From: Basidiobolus meristosporus CBS 931.73
Taxonomy: Eukaryota; Fungi; Basidiobolomycota
Assembly: GCA_002104905.1 (NCBI GenBank)
Contig: MCFE01000171.1
Span: 62,001 to 126,000, forward strand
Direction: 5' to 3'
Length of the DNA: 64,000 nucleotides
The translations under genes were made by a program, and so were the position numbers. Within the stretch, counting starts at the first letter, position 1. Each line of letters opens with the position of its first letter. This document shows positions 62,891 through 64,000 of the stretch, piece after piece. A model generated the notes under the pieces. It did no database searches and was not told the origin of the DNA. It saw only the letters and a list, made by a program, of their open reading frames with translations.

Positions 62891-63076
62891 ATAAAGCAAG
62901 GAAAGCACTATTCTGAGCAACATAAGTAAGATTGAGTAAAATTACCAGTAACTGTATCATACCACTGGCATCATGGTAGAAATTATAGTGCCAGATAGTG
63001 CCGTAGAGTGCCAGATCGATCCGGCACTATAAACCGGCTGGCACTATGTGGCACTATCCAACGGAACAAGTCTATT

Positions 63077-63945
63077 GCTCCAGACACATTTCTCTGAGTG
63101 GATGTCTTCTTGTATGAATATACTGTGCATTAATAAGTATATTAGCTATTTTACCTATTCTGCTGTTTTCTCCCACATACAACTTTCCTCTGTATTTACC
63201 AGCCAATATGCTGAATCTCTTCAGAAATCCAAATGTATGCTCTACCCTCACTCTGACATGATTAAATATTTCATTGTAGAGTGTCTGCTTCCTGCTATGC
63301 ACACCATTCCTTGGCTTCCTATATGCTGTACTATATCCTAACCTCTGACAATCCTCTTCTATATGAGCTAAGTCTGCCATACATTTCTCCCCTTTGCCAA
63401 GTTCAGGATGATTCTCTACCCAGAGTGCTTTGTCATGCCTACTTCCAGCAAATGGCCCACTAAACCAGATGATGTTACCCTCAATGTCAGACAGTGATTG
63501 AAACTTCACAGTGTGCCTTGTACTTGCCAGAATAAAAGTGCCTCTGCCCTCTAGAAGTTCTGTTAATCCTCACTGGGAAGGTATCCAAAATACTCCTGAT
63601 ATGGAACCTGTTGCTGAACCCTCTGGGATGTGGAAGTCTATTGGAGCATCTGAGCCAAGTATTCCAAGCTTGCTCTAAGTCATTCATTCCTTCTGCAAGG
63701 TGGTTCTCCATTGCTGTCAGCTGGGAATGAAAGCTTCTAGGACTTTTGCTACCATGGATGGTGGGATGAAGCCTTGTGGGGCAATAGTTTCTGTAATAGC
63801 AGAGATGCTCAACAAGGGATCCCCTTATATAGATTGAGGTAGATGGTCCACTGTACTTGGTATAGGTCTCCTCTACTGTGTTGAAAGGAGATCCAGTGGT
63901 GGTGATGGGATTGATGAGAAAAGACCATTCAGATGAGTAAGTCAT
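63077..63945 (-). pseudogene. Frameshifted transposase of copy H3
   Basis: Near-identical to 62006-62890, but a 2-bp loss in CACTGTGTGAAG (about 63505-63515) shifts the frame, and the 3' end is cut by the H2 insertion. Confidence 0.88.
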
Positions 63946-64000
63946 ATCAAAATTGATAGGTGCTTGGGCTGAGGTGAATTCAATTAATTTGGGGCAATCA

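Larger units (their letters stand above)
57481..63073 (+). mobile_element. Complete two-gene PIF/Harbinger-superfamily DNA transposon H2
   Basis: Perfect 11-bp TIR AGACTTGTTCC..GGAACAAGTCT. TSD ATT at 57478-57480 and 63074-63076. Divergent ORF2 and transposase. 3442 bp after removing two solo LTRs. Confidence 0.9.
57290..64000 (-). mobile_element. PIF/Harbinger-superfamily copy H3 (host of H2; runs off the window)
   Basis: Transposase at 63945-63077 continues at 57477 downward (last codons, 3' region, decayed terminus AGGCTTGTTAC at 57290). Confidence 0.8.

Noticed and set aside
1-64000. CRISPR arrays, rRNA or tRNA genes
   Set aside because: No repeat-spacer array or recognisable structural RNA seen. 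The DNA is eukaryotic and the repeats are explained by transposons.

Overview
Eukaryotic genomic DNA from a fungus, most likely an early-diverging lineage (Mucoromycota/Zoopagomycota). This is inferred from short 55-75 nt GT-AG introns and the gene families present. The window has two halves. (1) About 0.2-26.6 kb is gene-dense and CpG-normal, with 14 host genes: LIM-domain protein, NCS1/frequenin, triple-KH RNA-binding protein, NSRP1/DUF2040, RimJ-type GNAT, PacC/Rim101, AFG3/YTA12, COX12, PKA regulatory subunit, a secreted double Kre9/Knh1-like protein, Gti1/Pac2, a PAS-PAS protein, GST and an HRI-type eIF2-alpha kinase. (2) About 28-64 kb is a strongly CpG-depleted, multiply nested transposon cluster with one island host gene (four C2H2 fingers). 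The nest can be taken apart using target-site duplications (TSDs). It contains two full-length Ty1/copia copies, a non-autonomous LTR element, solo LTRs, CACTA remnants, CCCTA-ended MITEs, a gypsy remnant and three PIF/Harbinger-superfamily copies. The most striking structure is at 57.5-63.1 kb: a complete two-gene Harbinger-type element sits inside an older copy of its own family. Its partner ORF is interrupted by two about 1.07-kb solo LTRs, each at a GCGC site (one TSD copy decayed to GCAC), in inverted orientation 152 bp apart. Removing both LTRs by hand restores one reading frame. Its transposase ORF is intact and almost CpG-free. The pacC promoter carries four GCCAAG sites. All calls come from manual reading; no database searches were run.
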